Positions 37,310 through 47,516 of a DNA stretch of 64,000 nucleotides are shown here, in pieces (position 1 is the stretch's first letter; each line of letters begins with the position of its first letter). Origin of the DNA: Holosporales bacterium. GTDB taxonomy: Bacteria > Pseudomonadota > Alphaproteobacteria > UBA3830 > JAIRWN01. The translations under genes and the position numbers were made by a program. The stretch spans positions 4,326 to 68,325 of the forward strand of contig JAIRYS010000002.1 in NCBI GenBank assembly GCA_031267535.1, written 5' to 3'. Below the pieces are notes generated by a model. That model worked only from the letters and a program-made list of their open reading frames with translations. It was not told the origin of the DNA and made no database searches.

Positions 37310-39946
37310 GTGTTTTTGCTAGATACCATAAGGAAAATCGTTGGTTCCCGGAACGAGCGCGTTATCAAGCAATGCAGAAAAACTGTGCGGGCGATAAATG
37401 CGCTAGAGCCGGAAATATCGAAGCTCAGCGACGATGACTTAAAGAATAAGACAGCAGAATTCAAAAAGCGCATCGGGGACGGAGAAACGCTTGAGAACAT
37501 ATTGCCGGAAGCTTTCGCGGTTGTGCGAGAAGCGTCGATCAGAACGCTGGGGATGCGGCATTTCGATGTTCAGCTAATCGGCGGAATGGTCCTGCATGAA
37601 GGTAAAATTGCTGAGATGAAAACAGGCGAAGGCAAGACCCTTGTCGCTACGCTGCCGGTATACCTTAATGCGCTGACAGACAATGGCGTGCATGTAGTTA
37701 CCGTAAACGACTACCTAGCCAGAAGGGACGCCCAGTGGATGGGCAAGGTTTATGAATTTTTGGGGTTAAGCGTTGGGGTCATCGTTAATAGTCTTAACGA
37801 TTCTCAGCGGCGTGACGCCTATAATTGCAATATAACTTATGCCACTAATAACGAACTGGGGTTCGATTATCTGCGCGATAATATGAAGTTCTTCAAGAAC
37901 GATTTTGCGCAAAGACCGTTTAGCTATGCCATAGTGGACGAAGTCGACAGCATCCTGATAGACGAAGCTCGAACTCCGCTTATCATATCTGGTCAAGCAG
38001 AGGATTCAACTGAGCTGTACAGGCAGGCCGACAAACTGATTCCTTCGTTGTCGAAAGACGATTATGAGGTAGACCTTAAGCAAAGGCAGGTCACGCTTAC
38101 CGAAGCGGGCAATGCTCACATAGAGGATATACTCAAGCACAGCGGCTTGCTGAAATCAGAAAACCTCTATGATTTTAGTAACATGACCGTAGTTCATCAC
38201 TTGAATCAGGCGCTTAAGGCGCATTTTTTGTTTCGTAAAGATGTGGACTATATAGTCAAAGACGGAAAGATCATAATTATAGATGAGTTTACCGGACGCA
38301 TGATGGAAGGGCGGAGGTATTCTGAGGGGCTGCATCAAGCTCTGGAGGCTAAAGAAGGGGTCAGGGTAGAGATGGAAAATCAAACTCTGGCGTCGATTAC
38401 GTTTCAAAATTTCTTTCGTACATATCCAAAACTGGCTGGTATGACCGGTACGGCGGAAACAGAAGCTGCCGAGCTGATGGACATATATAAGCTTGATACG
38501 ATTGTTATTCCGACTAATGTGCCTGTTCAGCGTAAAGACCTAGATGACGAGATATATCGCACTGAAGGCGAAAAGTTTAAAGCTATCGTAGATTTAGTGA
38601 AAGAGTGCCAGTCCCGCAAACAGCCGGCGTTGATCGGAACAATAAGCATCGAAAAATCCGAGCAATTATCCCAGCATCTTAAGAAGGAAGGGATAAAACA
38701 TAATGTGCTAAACGCTCGTTATCATGAAATGGAAGCTCAAATAATCGCCGAAGCAGGTCGACCTGGGGCCGTAACCATTGCTACCAACATGGCTGGACGA
38801 GGTACCGATATAAAACTGGGCGGAAACCTTGAGGCGCGGATTGGTACTGAACTGGCAGGTATAGAAGACCCAGATATCATCAGGGAAAAAACGCAGCAGT
38901 TCGCCGACGAGCTTAAACACGATTTTGAGATAGTAAAACAAGCCGGCGGGCTTTACATAGTTGGTACAGAGCGCCATGAAAGCCGAAGGATTGACAATCA
39001 GCTGCGCGGCCGTTCTGGTCGACAAGGCGACCCCGGGGTTTCAAAGTTCTTTCTGTCGCTTCAGGATGATCTGATGAAGATATTTGGCTCGAATAAACTA
39101 GACAAGGTGTTACAGCGCCTTGGGTTAGAAGAAGGCGAGGCCATTACCCATCCTTGGGTTAATAAGGCGGTTGAAAAGGCTCAAGGACGGGTTGAAGCGA
39201 GAAACTATGACCTACGTAAGCATCTGCTCAAGTACGACGACGTAATGAATGATCAACGGAAGGTAATTTATTCGCAACGTAAAGGCCTGATACTAGATGC
39301 TGATCCAGAGGTATTGAAAGAAGAAATTTTTGATATGCGTACGGAGGTAATCGATAACCTCGCGGAGCAATACATGCCGGTTTCGCTTCCGACAGATCAG
39401 TGGAATTTAGATGGTCTGGCCGAGGAATTTAACAATATCTTTGGCGCTTCGATGAAAGTCTCCATGTGGAAAGCAAGCCCTGAAGTTTCGCGCGATGTTA
39501 TACATAAACAGCTAACTGACGCTGCCGAAGTCGCTTATCAGGAAAAAGAAAGCCGTTATACGCCGGAGGTTATGCGTCAGGTCGAGAAATCAGTCATGCT
39601 GCAGGTTATCGATCAGCACTGGAAAGAACACCTGCTCAGTCTGGACTGGCTGCGTCAAGGAATTAATCTGCGCGCCTATGGACAGCGCGATCCGCTTAAC
39701 GAATATAAAACAGAGGCGTTTAATATGTTCGAGCTGATGTCAAACGCCATACGCTCAGACGCTGTACGTGTTATCAGCAAAATAGAGCTGTCTAATACTG
39801 AAGCTTTGAACGAATCTGCCAAAATCTCAACCTCTGAAGATACTGCTGGAATTTCACGGGCCAATTCAGCCCAGAATCTGTCAAGAAACTCCCCCTGCCC
39901 ATGTGGCAGTGGCAGAAAATACAAACACTGTCACGGAAAAATCTAA
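37310..39946 (+). CDS. secA: Preprotein translocase ATPase SecA
   Basis: 878 aa. [26 protein letters not shown] and a C-terminal zinc motif [17 protein letters not shown] start. Confidence 0.97.
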   Translation: MFLLDTIRKIVGSRNERVIKQCRKTVRAINALEPEISKLSDDDLKNKTAEFKKRIGDGETLENILPEAFAVVREASIRTLGMRHFDVQLIGGMVLHEGKIAEMKTGEGKTLVATLPVYLNALTDNGVHVVTVNDYLARRDAQWMGKVYEFLGLSVGVIVNSLNDSQRRDAYNCNITYATNNELGFDYLRDNMKFFKNDFAQRPFSYAIVDEVDSILIDEARTPLIISGQAEDSTELYRQADKLIPSLSKDDYEVDLKQRQVTLTEAGNAHIEDILKHSGLLKSENLYDFSNMTVVHHLNQALKAHFLFRKDVDYIVKDGKIIIIDEFTGRMMEGRRYSEGLHQALEAKEGVRVEMENQTLASITFQNFFRTYPKLAGMTGTAETEAAELMDIYKLDTIVIPTNVPVQRKDLDDEIYRTEGEKFKAIVDLVKECQSRKQPALIGTISIEKSEQLSQHLKKEGIKHNVLNARYHEMEAQIIAEAGRPGAVTIATNMAGRGTDIKLGGNLEARIGTELAGIEDPDIIREKTQQFADELKHDFEIVKQAGGLYIVGTERHESRRIDNQLRGRSGRQGDPGVSKFFLSLQDDLMKIFGSNKLDKVLQRLGLEEGEAITHPWVNKAVEKAQGRVEARNYDLRKHLLKYDDVMNDQRKVIYSQRKGLILDADPEVLKEEIFDMRTEVIDNLAEQYMPVSLPTDQWNLDGLAEEFNNIFGASMKVSMWKASPEVSRDVIHKQLTDAAEVAYQEKESRYTPEVMRQVEKSVMLQVIDQHWKEHLLSLDWLRQGINLRAYGQRDPLNEYKTEAFNMFELMSNAIRSDAVRVISKIELSNTEALNESAKISTSEDTAGISRANSAQNLSRNSPCPCGSGRKYKHCHGKI

Positions 39947-40226
39947 GTCTGTGTAGCTGAGAACCAGATTTTTGCTGTAACGTTGATACAGCAGCGTAAA
40001 AATCAACTAAGCTTGATCGAAGAAATCACTAAGGGTTTCGAGTTGCCGCCTTAGTGAGGCAAAAATACCTTGACTGATTGGTTAAAAAAGACAATCACTG
40101 ATATAGCCCAGTAGAGTTGTTGGGACAAGCGCCGAGTTTTTTTAAGCGAATGACTTCCGGCATTTGATTTTAGCACAAGTCTTGATTGTTTAGGATCAAA
40201 TCTGGAATGTTGATTAATTACTGGTA

Positions 40227-41471
40227 CTATTTTCCCCAATTTGCTGATGATTTTTCACCGATTCTAAATTTTTTATCTATGACCTTGACCACACAGCAAT
40301 CGGACCAGACATTCAGCGATGTTTCCACCATATCGATTATTGCATAAAAAGGAAGAATCAGCCAAAGAATATCAATAGAAATATCCATACTAATCAACAG
40401 GCTCATACTCAGAAAAAAGCATCCCATAGGAACGCCGGCATTTCCGATAGCGGCGATGGTGGATATAAAAATCCACTGCAGAAGCGTAAATAAATTACTT
40501 TCGATTCCATTGTTTTGCATGACGTAGATAACGGTGGTAAAGATAAACGCGGCGCATCCGTTCATATTAATTGCGGTGCAAAGCGGAAATGCAAATCTGC
40601 TGATTTCTCGTGATACTTTTAAGTTGTTTTCCGCCGTTTCCATCGTTATTGGCAATGTTCCCACCGACGATTTAGAGAAAAAGGCCACCGACAACGCTGA
40701 AAGCATGGCCTTCAGCGTGGCTAATGGATTTATTTTATGCGCCCACAGGAATATTGGCAGCACAAAAATTCCCTGCACAACATTGGACAAAAGTACCACG
40801 GCCAGATATCCGCCCAGTCCCTGCAGGTTGGTTCCATTCTTCAGCTGCCCAATGGCGATGGAGATAAATCCAAACAGAGCCAATGGAAGCGCTTTCACCA
40901 CCCATCCAATGATGATTAAAAACAGCCCCTGGATCATTTTAAAAAAAATATTCAGCGACCGAGATTCATTTATTGGCATATGCCTGACGGCGATTCCAAT
41001 GACAATGCCTATAAAAAGAGCGCCCATTACATTATGTTCTAAAAATGGAGACAATATGTTGGATGGAATAATGCTTAGTACATAATTCGCATACTTTCCG
41101 TTCTGGATAGCATCAATGGGATTGCCGCTGACTGCTGAAGTAATATTTGCTGGAGAAATTAACAGATACAGAATGCACGCTACAGAGGAAGCAATCACCG
41201 TTGTTCCTACGGTGTACAAAAGCGTATGTTTTCCAATTTGTTTCAATTGAATGTTACCGCTCTGCTGAGATATTGAGGCAATCACCGCTACAGCGATTAT
41301 TGGCAGACTCATGCATTTGAAAATCTTTATAAAGATACTTGATATAAAATCAGATATCGGCAGCATGAAATCTGCGTACCCGCATATACATCCTAAAATG
41401 ATGGCGAGGGCGTACAGCATCCCATTATGTTTCGCAAGTATTTTTATTTTTAAAAAATCACTCAATAACAT
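40227..41471 (-). CDS. Dicarboxylate/amino acid:cation symporter (DAACS, GltP-like)
   Basis: 414 aa, polytopic. FSKSSVGTLP (HP1-like) and AINMNGCA (NMDG-like) motifs. Confidence 0.85.
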   Translation of the reverse strand: MLLSDFLKIKILAKHNGMLYALAIILGCICGYADFMLPISDFISSIFIKIFKCMSLPIIAVAVIASISQQSGNIQLKQIGKHTLLYTVGTTVIASSVACILYLLISPANITSAVSGNPIDAIQNGKYANYVLSIIPSNILSPFLEHNVMGALFIGIVIGIAVRHMPINESRSLNIFFKMIQGLFLIIIGWVVKALPLALFGFISIAIGQLKNGTNLQGLGGYLAVVLLSNVVQGIFVLPIFLWAHKINPLATLKAMLSALSVAFFSKSSVGTLPITMETAENNLKVSREISRFAFPLCTAINMNGCAAFIFTTVIYVMQNNGIESNLFTLLQWIFISTIAAIGNAGVPMGCFFLSMSLLISMDISIDILWLILPFYAIIDMVETSLNVWSDCCVVKVIDKKFRIGEKSSANWGK

Positions 41472-41626
41472 AGTCGCATTCTCGGAAAACTGATCAAATT
41501 TTTCTGCATCGGTAGAATTATCAAGATAGCAATTCCTAATAGACTGGCAATTAAAGGTATGGAGATTTTCAATAACGCGACAGTAAAGTCACAGAATTCA
41601 ACATTTCCAAACTCTTGCTTTAGCAT
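41462..41626 (-). CDS. Candidate 54-aa single-TM small protein, translationally coupled to the symporter
   Basis: AAGAGAAAGA-ctaa-ATG gives MLKQEFGNVEFCDFTVALLKISIPLIASLLGIAILIILPMQKNLISFPRMRLCY. Its TGA overlaps the symporter ATG by 10 nt. It falls below the 60-aa track cutoff. Confidence 0.25.
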   Translation of the reverse strand: MLKQEFGNVEFCDFTVALLKISIPLIASLLGIAILIILPMQKNLISFPRMRLCY

Positions 41627-42502
41627 TTAGTCTTTCTCTTAAACTTCACAAATATAGTATTTGAGCATTGAATTACAAGACTCTACTGAATATGTTTTTG
41701 CTTTTGTTGCGACGTGTATCATATCTGTGTTTGTAGAAAATTCTTCATAATCTGCACTACATCTTTGAGGCCACGTCTTATGCCTTCTTTCCTCAAGCAT
41801 TTAGAACTACAGCGCTTACGCCCTTACACAAAACTCTATCCTTGTGGCTTCATGAAGATCTCACACCGTCGCCTGATCTTAGACCAGATCTCAGGGAATT
41901 TGAGGTATTGGAAGCTTTTTAGGACTACCAGACTGAATTAAAATGACGTCAAGGCTAAGTGGTATGGGGGTAAATTCGTGCGCTAAATTAAACAATGTTC
42001 GAGACCTAAATTACCCGCCATCAATCGACGAGCAGCTTTTTATTTTAGTTTTATCCAGGGATGGGCTTTTTATTGAATTGATCCTGTTACATCACAAAGT
42101 CCATCCCGCTATCCACCACCAGTTATTGTGTTTATAAGAGGTTTCGTGTATATACAATACACATAAGCTTTAGCTTTTCGGCTGTTTTCAGCAATATATT
42201 ACGGCACATTAAAACTGGTAAATAACGGTGCGCACCTCATGCAAATTTTGGCAAATAATATTCCCGAAGACGTTGACGAGACGGGCTTTGCGCCTAGCAA
42301 TATCGCCTCATACCGCATAAGAAGAGGCGAAATAAAAAGCGCCGACACAATCATCTAACTTACAACCCTTTCCACTATGTTTGGCCAAGACAATCTGAGG
42401 TTGCAATTATTATTGTGATGCCACTTGGGGTTTATAGCAAATATTCAGCCTGCATGTGATACTCCGCTTCAAGTTTTTACAGTTTTGATTTTTTTAAAAT
42501 GC

Positions 42503-42913
42503 ATGATGCATATTGATAAAGACGTAAATAAGCATATAGGAAATCAATTAAGGCTGCGCCGACAGCTTATGGGACTGAGTCAAGAGAAGCTGGCAGAAAA
42601 GTTGGGGATTACGTTTCAGCAAGTACAAAAATACGAAAAGGGCGTTAACAAAATAAGCGCAGCCAGACTGCTTACTATAAGCGAGATCCTGAATACGAAC
42701 ATGGGCTATTTTTTCGAAGGGTTTGATAACAGCTCTGATTGCTCCGAGTATTCCCTGGAAGAAGACAGCGCCATATATGATGAAGATGTTTTTTCTAAAA
42801 AGGAAACATTAGATCTGTTGCGAGCGTATTATATGATAGGGAACGTCCAGATACGCAAGCATGTCTTGGACTTGATTCGTGCAATACCAGAAATTAACAA
42901 TCTTAGCGCTTGA
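42503..42913 (+). CDS. XRE-family HTH transcriptional regulator
   Basis: LRRQLMGLSQEKLAEKLGITFQQVQKYEKGVNKIS (HTH_3). ATG 42503 is chosen inside the longer track ORF (42425). Confidence 0.8.
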   Translation: MMHIDKDVNKHIGNQLRLRRQLMGLSQEKLAEKLGITFQQVQKYEKGVNKISAARLLTISEILNTNMGYFFEGFDNSSDCSEYSLEEDSAIYDEDVFSKKETLDLLRAYYMIGNVQIRKHVLDLIRAIPEINNLSA

Positions 42914-43100
42914 GCAAAATGCTTGTCGCAATAGCCCTTTAATTCTTACAGGGTAAAACGCTAATACCTTATAATGCGCTCGCAACCAAGTACTCACGTC
43001 TGGCTGCGTATCTAAGCTTCATGCATTCCAGATGAGCAAACAGCCAATCTCCCGCTGTTATCTTTAAAGTTCAAGAGCAAACACAACCCTAACGCACCGC

Positions 43101-44609
43101 TTATTTAGCTATAGCGTCTGGTCTGTTAGCGGTTATAGCGGCAAACTGCTTACTTAGACCGTATACAGCAACGATCCACATGCAAGCAACAAATAAGAAA
43201 ACAATGCCGATAATTGGCGACAGATCAAACAGCGTCCAGCCCGGAAACAAAAACAACAACAGTTGTTGAATCGCTGCGCCACCAGATTTACCGAAGCGGC
43301 CGCCGACCACTTCAACTGCCGCTTTGCCTTTAATCTTTAGCTCATCGTCCAGCGGGATGTACGACATTTCCTTGGTTGCGTCAAACAGTGAATACTTTGT
43401 GGATTTCGCCAAAACATTTTGCGCAAAGCCTATATAAACCGCCAGCCCAATTGGTGCAATTGTTAGCCCGGCCAGCATAGGGTCGAGCAGGTATCCATAC
43501 ACTACAAAGAAGAAAAACAGTACGCCTGTTACCGCTATCATAACCGGGGTGACTACAGCGCTAGTGAACCAGCTGAATCGGCGAACAATGTTCATGCCGA
43601 TAAGCATCATAACCAAAGCTGCAGTGCCTGTATACATCTGCAAGCGTCCCATGATGGCGTTATATTCAGTGCTGTGCGAGCAGAAAGCACGCATACGGTC
43701 TTTCCAGATGCCTTCAACCAAGTTTATGCTTACGCCATAACATATGATCAGCAGCACGATATATCCCAGATATTTTGACGTAAATATGTACTTAAAGCTT
43801 TCGCCCAAAGACATTTTAGCTTTCTTCTTTTTTGTTTTGCCTGCATTAGCCTCTGGATCATAGAAACGCTTATCGGTTAGAACGTTCCTCTCCATCCACC
43901 AGTATATACACATAATTATGACGCAAGACGAAATGACAAAGATCATGATGCTGTGAAGAGAACTGTCCCAAGCCGCGATGTTTTTGCCGCTGCTGGAGAG
44001 CTTGACTACAAGATTGCCGGCGGCTATTGCGCCAAAGTTACTGAAAAAACCAAACATACTGTAGAAACGTCTAGCTTCCTTCAGATTGGTAATCTCATTT
44101 GCATACTGCCAGAACATGAGCGATATCATCACGCTGCCCCAAAGCTCCGCCATTATATAAAACAAGGACAGCGTCCAATTGCCGGCAATCAACAGCAGCC
44201 ACCTGAATCTAGGCCAAGACGCTATAACGGCAGTAAGATCCGGATGCAAAGCATCTCTGTTGGGATACAGGAAAGACACAAACAATACGAGGTATAGAGC
44301 AAAAAAAGAGGTTACTGAATAGAACAGCTTTGGACGGTCTAAGACATTAGCCAGCTTCGAATAAACCAACATAAATATGACCGCGCTGGGCAACACGGCA
44401 AACAGCTTAAGGGCGCTTATGATTTCAGCTCCACAAAGCGGAACTATCAACGCGTCTTTCGTACAGCGCAAGGTGCTGTAGTTAAAGACGATAAACAGCA
44501 TCATAAAAGCTATTGGCAAAAATTTCTTAAGTTCAAAATTGTGTATAGGCCAAAGAATCGAACGGAAACCCTTAAACTCAGCTTCCTGAGCCTTTGCTGC
44601 TTTAGACAT
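43101..44609 (-). CDS. tlc: ATP/ADP translocase (TLC-family nucleotide transporter)
   Basis: About 500 aa, 12 TM segments. ILWPIHNFELKKFLPIAFMMLFIVFNYSTLRCTKDALIV. ATG 44609 is preceded by AAAGAGGGA; the track starts at 44633. Confidence 0.9.
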   Translation of the reverse strand: MSKAAKAQEAEFKGFRSILWPIHNFELKKFLPIAFMMLFIVFNYSTLRCTKDALIVPLCGAEIISALKLFAVLPSAVIFMLVYSKLANVLDRPKLFYSVTSFFALYLVLFVSFLYPNRDALHPDLTAVIASWPRFRWLLLIAGNWTLSLFYIMAELWGSVMISLMFWQYANEITNLKEARRFYSMFGFFSNFGAIAAGNLVVKLSSSGKNIAAWDSSLHSIMIFVISSCVIIMCIYWWMERNVLTDKRFYDPEANAGKTKKKKAKMSLGESFKYIFTSKYLGYIVLLIICYGVSINLVEGIWKDRMRAFCSHSTEYNAIMGRLQMYTGTAALVMMLIGMNIVRRFSWFTSAVVTPVMIAVTGVLFFFFVVYGYLLDPMLAGLTIAPIGLAVYIGFAQNVLAKSTKYSLFDATKEMSYIPLDDELKIKGKAAVEVVGGRFGKSGGAAIQQLLLFLFPGWTLFDLSPIIGIVFLFVACMWIVAVYGLSKQFAAITANRPDAIAK

Positions 44610-44727
44610 TTGTCCCTCTTTTGAAAGTACCAAAATGTATACAACCCATCATAAACTTTTGCAACCCCATTTTCCGATAATGTCACACAAACCTAGCTAC
44701 AAAGCCAATTGCCTTATTTCACGCATT

Positions 44728-45579
44728 CTACCATCCAAACTTCTCAGCCAGATATGTCGGCAAAAAGCCATATTTAGTCTGCATTTTGTCAAACCACAGC
44801 GCCCCTAACGTTTTCTCAAGCTCCCTAGCTGACAAGCCGGTTTTTACAAGCGCTGAGTCTATAGAAGCATTTTTTGCGCCTAAAATATCGGTGTCCATAG
44901 AGTCGCCGACCATTATGCGTCTTGGCCCTAATCCAAGCGCATCTAGGCGTTCGAATACTCTGTTGTAAATAGATTTATGAGGCTTGCCATAGAATCTGGC
45001 CTCCCCGCTTAGCTCGTTAGTATATCTATCGGCAAAAAAGCCGGCGCAAAGCATTTTTGTGCGGCCGCGTAAAGCGATTCTGTCTCCGTTTAAACAAAAC
45101 ATAGGTAGTTTTCTAGAAGCGGCCTTTTGCAAAATTCTCATAATTTCAGTATCAGAGTCACCTTCTTTTAGGTTTGATGAAATTGCTATCGCGCCCGCTT
45201 GCATGATGTCATCTGTAAGTTGTATTGCAGTATCGCTGAACATGCTTTTACCTCCATCAGAATAGAGGTGATACAGTCTCTTCTTTGGATTATCGGCAAA
45301 AAAAATCAAAATATCTGCTGTCGCCGCATCGCCGGACGTTTGTATAAAAGTGACGCACGAAATATCTAACCCGCTGTCAGCAAGAAACTTATATATAAGC
45401 GATTCCGATCTGGACGCGTTGGTTAAAAGTACGATGTGTTTACTGCGAGTCTTTATTTCCTTCAGGCAATCATTGACGGCTGGGAATACGCTAAGTCCGT
45501 CGTATAACACGCCCCACACATCAAGGATGAAAACGTCATAATTATCGCAAATATCACGGACGCCGCCGATGGCTTTCAT
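44728..45579 (-). CDS. HAD-superfamily class IIA hydrolase
   Basis: FILDVWGVLYDG N-terminal motif, LLTNASR and MVGDSMDTDILGA. Confidence 0.8.
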   Translation of the reverse strand: MKAIGGVRDICDNYDVFILDVWGVLYDGLSVFPAVNDCLKEIKTRSKHIVLLTNASRSESLIYKFLADSGLDISCVTFIQTSGDAATADILIFFADNPKKRLYHLYSDGGKSMFSDTAIQLTDDIMQAGAIAISSNLKEGDSDTEIMRILQKAASRKLPMFCLNGDRIALRGRTKMLCAGFFADRYTNELSGEARFYGKPHKSIYNRVFERLDALGLGPRRIMVGDSMDTDILGAKNASIDSALVKTGLSARELEKTLGALWFDKMQTKYGFLPTYLAEKFGW

Positions 45580-45630
45580 TCTAAACCGCTCCTTGGGATT
45601 TGGACGAATGGGGTGGAGACTAGCATGAAT

Positions 45631-46380
45631 CTACTTTTTGCTTAAAAACTGTTTCATAAGACGATTCTTGTCCGACGACGAAAGCAGACTGTAAAACATT
45701 TGTCGCTCTAAAGCCATACCTTGAGCAAGCGTTGTTTCTTGCGTTGCTTTTATGGCCTGTTTTGCCATGATCAGCGCTGATTTTGGATTTGCGCTAATCT
45801 TTTCCGCTATATCAAATGCGCCTGAGATTAGTTCAGAACCTGGAACTACTTTAGCCGCTATTCCGTATTCAAGCGCTTGGGCAGAGCTGATAAACTCGCC
45901 TGTCATGCACATAACGCTCGCTATCTGGCGTCCTGTAAGCCTGGTAAGTCTTTGGGTTGCGCCCAGGCCGGGAATCATACCGAACTTTATCTCTGGTTGG
46001 CCGAACACAGCGGTATCGCTTGATATTATAACATCGCACATAAGCGCAAACTCTAGCCCAGCGCCTAAAGTATATCCTGATACCGCGGCTATAACAGGGA
46101 TTCTACATTCGGATAGCCGTTCCCACTCTTTGCTTATAAAATCATCGGCAATGGCCTGTTGAGAATCCATCTTCAGAGCCTCTTTCAAGTCCAATCCAAC
46201 AGAAAAAGCCTTATCTGTTCCGGTAATTATAACAACCTTTATGTTGGGATTTTTTTCTAAGTCGCAAAGGCAGCTGTTAAGCTTTTCGATTAACCCCTGA
46301 TTAACTGCATTGAGATGCGGAAAATTCAGCCTGATCATGGCGGCGTTGCCGGATATTTCCGTCGTCAGATACGCTTTCAT
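45631..46380 (-). CDS. Enoyl-CoA hydratase (crotonase family)
   Basis: VIITGTDKAFSVGLDL and GYTLGAGLEFALMCD. ATG 46380; the track starts at TTG 46389. Confidence 0.88.
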   Translation of the reverse strand: MKAYLTTEISGNAAMIRLNFPHLNAVNQGLIEKLNSCLCDLEKNPNIKVVIITGTDKAFSVGLDLKEALKMDSQQAIADDFISKEWERLSECRIPVIAAVSGYTLGAGLEFALMCDVIISSDTAVFGQPEIKFGMIPGLGATQRLTRLTGRQIASVMCMTGEFISSAQALEYGIAAKVVPGSELISGAFDIAEKISANPKSALIMAKQAIKATQETTLAQGMALERQMFYSLLSSSDKNRLMKQFLSKK

Positions 46381-46529
46381 TACCGCCAATACTACCTATA
46401 AACATAAAGCATGTTAGTTTAGGCTTGTTAAGAAGGGGTTAAGCCATTACTACAATGACAATATCGCGTTGAGATAAAATGAAAATTGTGCAATAAAAGC
46501 AAGTCTTTGGTGTTTATGGTGATTAGTAA

Positions 46530-47516
46530 GTGCTGTATGAAACAAAGTTAAGCGCCGCGTCTCAAAAAATCGCAGAGGCTCTGGCTCCATCAGAAAATTT
46601 TACGTATGAAACGCTTAAGGCCATATACGACGACCTGAAGGCAAGCGGCCACAGTATAGAGATTGCCAGGCAGACTGCCAATCAGTTTTTCATTGATCAT
46701 GCTTGCGAAAAATTGCCCGTCAAAGAAATAAAGGATTTTGATGTGAAAGATGTAAACGGAAATCATGAAATTCCTAATCGTCTGTATTCCATCGATGACA
46801 GCAATGATATTTTGATGTTTATCCACGGTGGCGGATGGATACAAGGTAATTTAGAAACTCATGACAGTCTCTGCAGACTGTTGGCCGTCACACTTAAAGT
46901 CAATGTGTTGTCGGTAGGCTATAGATTGGCGCCAGATACTTTGTTTCCTGCTCAGTTGGATGATTTGTTGGGCGCGTATGCGTGGTGTGCGGATAAGACA
47001 GGGAAAAACTCAAGACTAATCATTGCGGGCGACAGCGCCGGCGGAAATCTGTGCGCTGCATTATGTTTGAAATTACATGACATTTTGTACGACAGAAAGC
47101 CTGATGCGCAAATTTTGTTTTATGCGCCGCTGACGAACAATTTTGAATCTCCATCCTTCAATGTTTTCAGGCGCGGGTATGGGCTTACCGGAGACTGGAT
47201 AAAATATTATATTTATCTATACACAGGAGAAAAATTGAACAATTCTGAGCGCTCTAATGACAAGTATTTATACCCAGGCTTAGCCGAGGACGCCAGCGTT
47301 TTTCCTAAAACCGTTGTTGTCTCTGCGGGGCGTGATGTTTTGTTAGATGGGCAGCTGGAATTTGTCAGCAAACTTGAAAGCGCCAATGTGCCGGTTCAGC
47401 ATATAAAGATAGATGAAGCTGTGCACGGCTTTATGAACTATGGCAGAGAGTTTGCAGAGGAAGCGCTGGAGGTCTTGTCTCAGGTTTCGCAGTGGCTAGA
47501 AAAGCAGCTTGGCTAA
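46530..47516 (+). CDS. Alpha/beta hydrolase fold-3 esterase (HSL family)
   Basis: HGGGW oxyanion motif, GDSAGGNL nucleophile elbow and C-terminal HGF. Confidence 0.85.
   Translation: MLYETKLSAASQKIAEALAPSENFTYETLKAIYDDLKASGHSIEIARQTANQFFIDHACEKLPVKEIKDFDVKDVNGNHEIPNRLYSIDDSNDILMFIHGGGWIQGNLETHDSLCRLLAVTLKVNVLSVGYRLAPDTLFPAQLDDLLGAYAWCADKTGKNSRLIIAGDSAGGNLCAALCLKLHDILYDRKPDAQILFYAPLTNNFESPSFNVFRRGYGLTGDWIKYYIYLYTGEKLNNSERSNDKYLYPGLAEDASVFPKTVVVSAGRDVLLDGQLEFVSKLESANVPVQHIKIDEAVHGFMNYGREFAEEALEVLSQVSQWLEKQLG

Noticed and set aside
42239-42358. 39-codon ORF (MQILANNIPEDVDETGFAPSNIASYRIRRGEIKSADTII) upstream of the XRE regulator, considered as a decayed toxin of a HigB/HigA-like pair
   Set aside because: It is too short, has no RelE/ParE-like motifs and no RBS, and sits 145 nt from the regulator start. 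It cannot be supported from the sequence alone.
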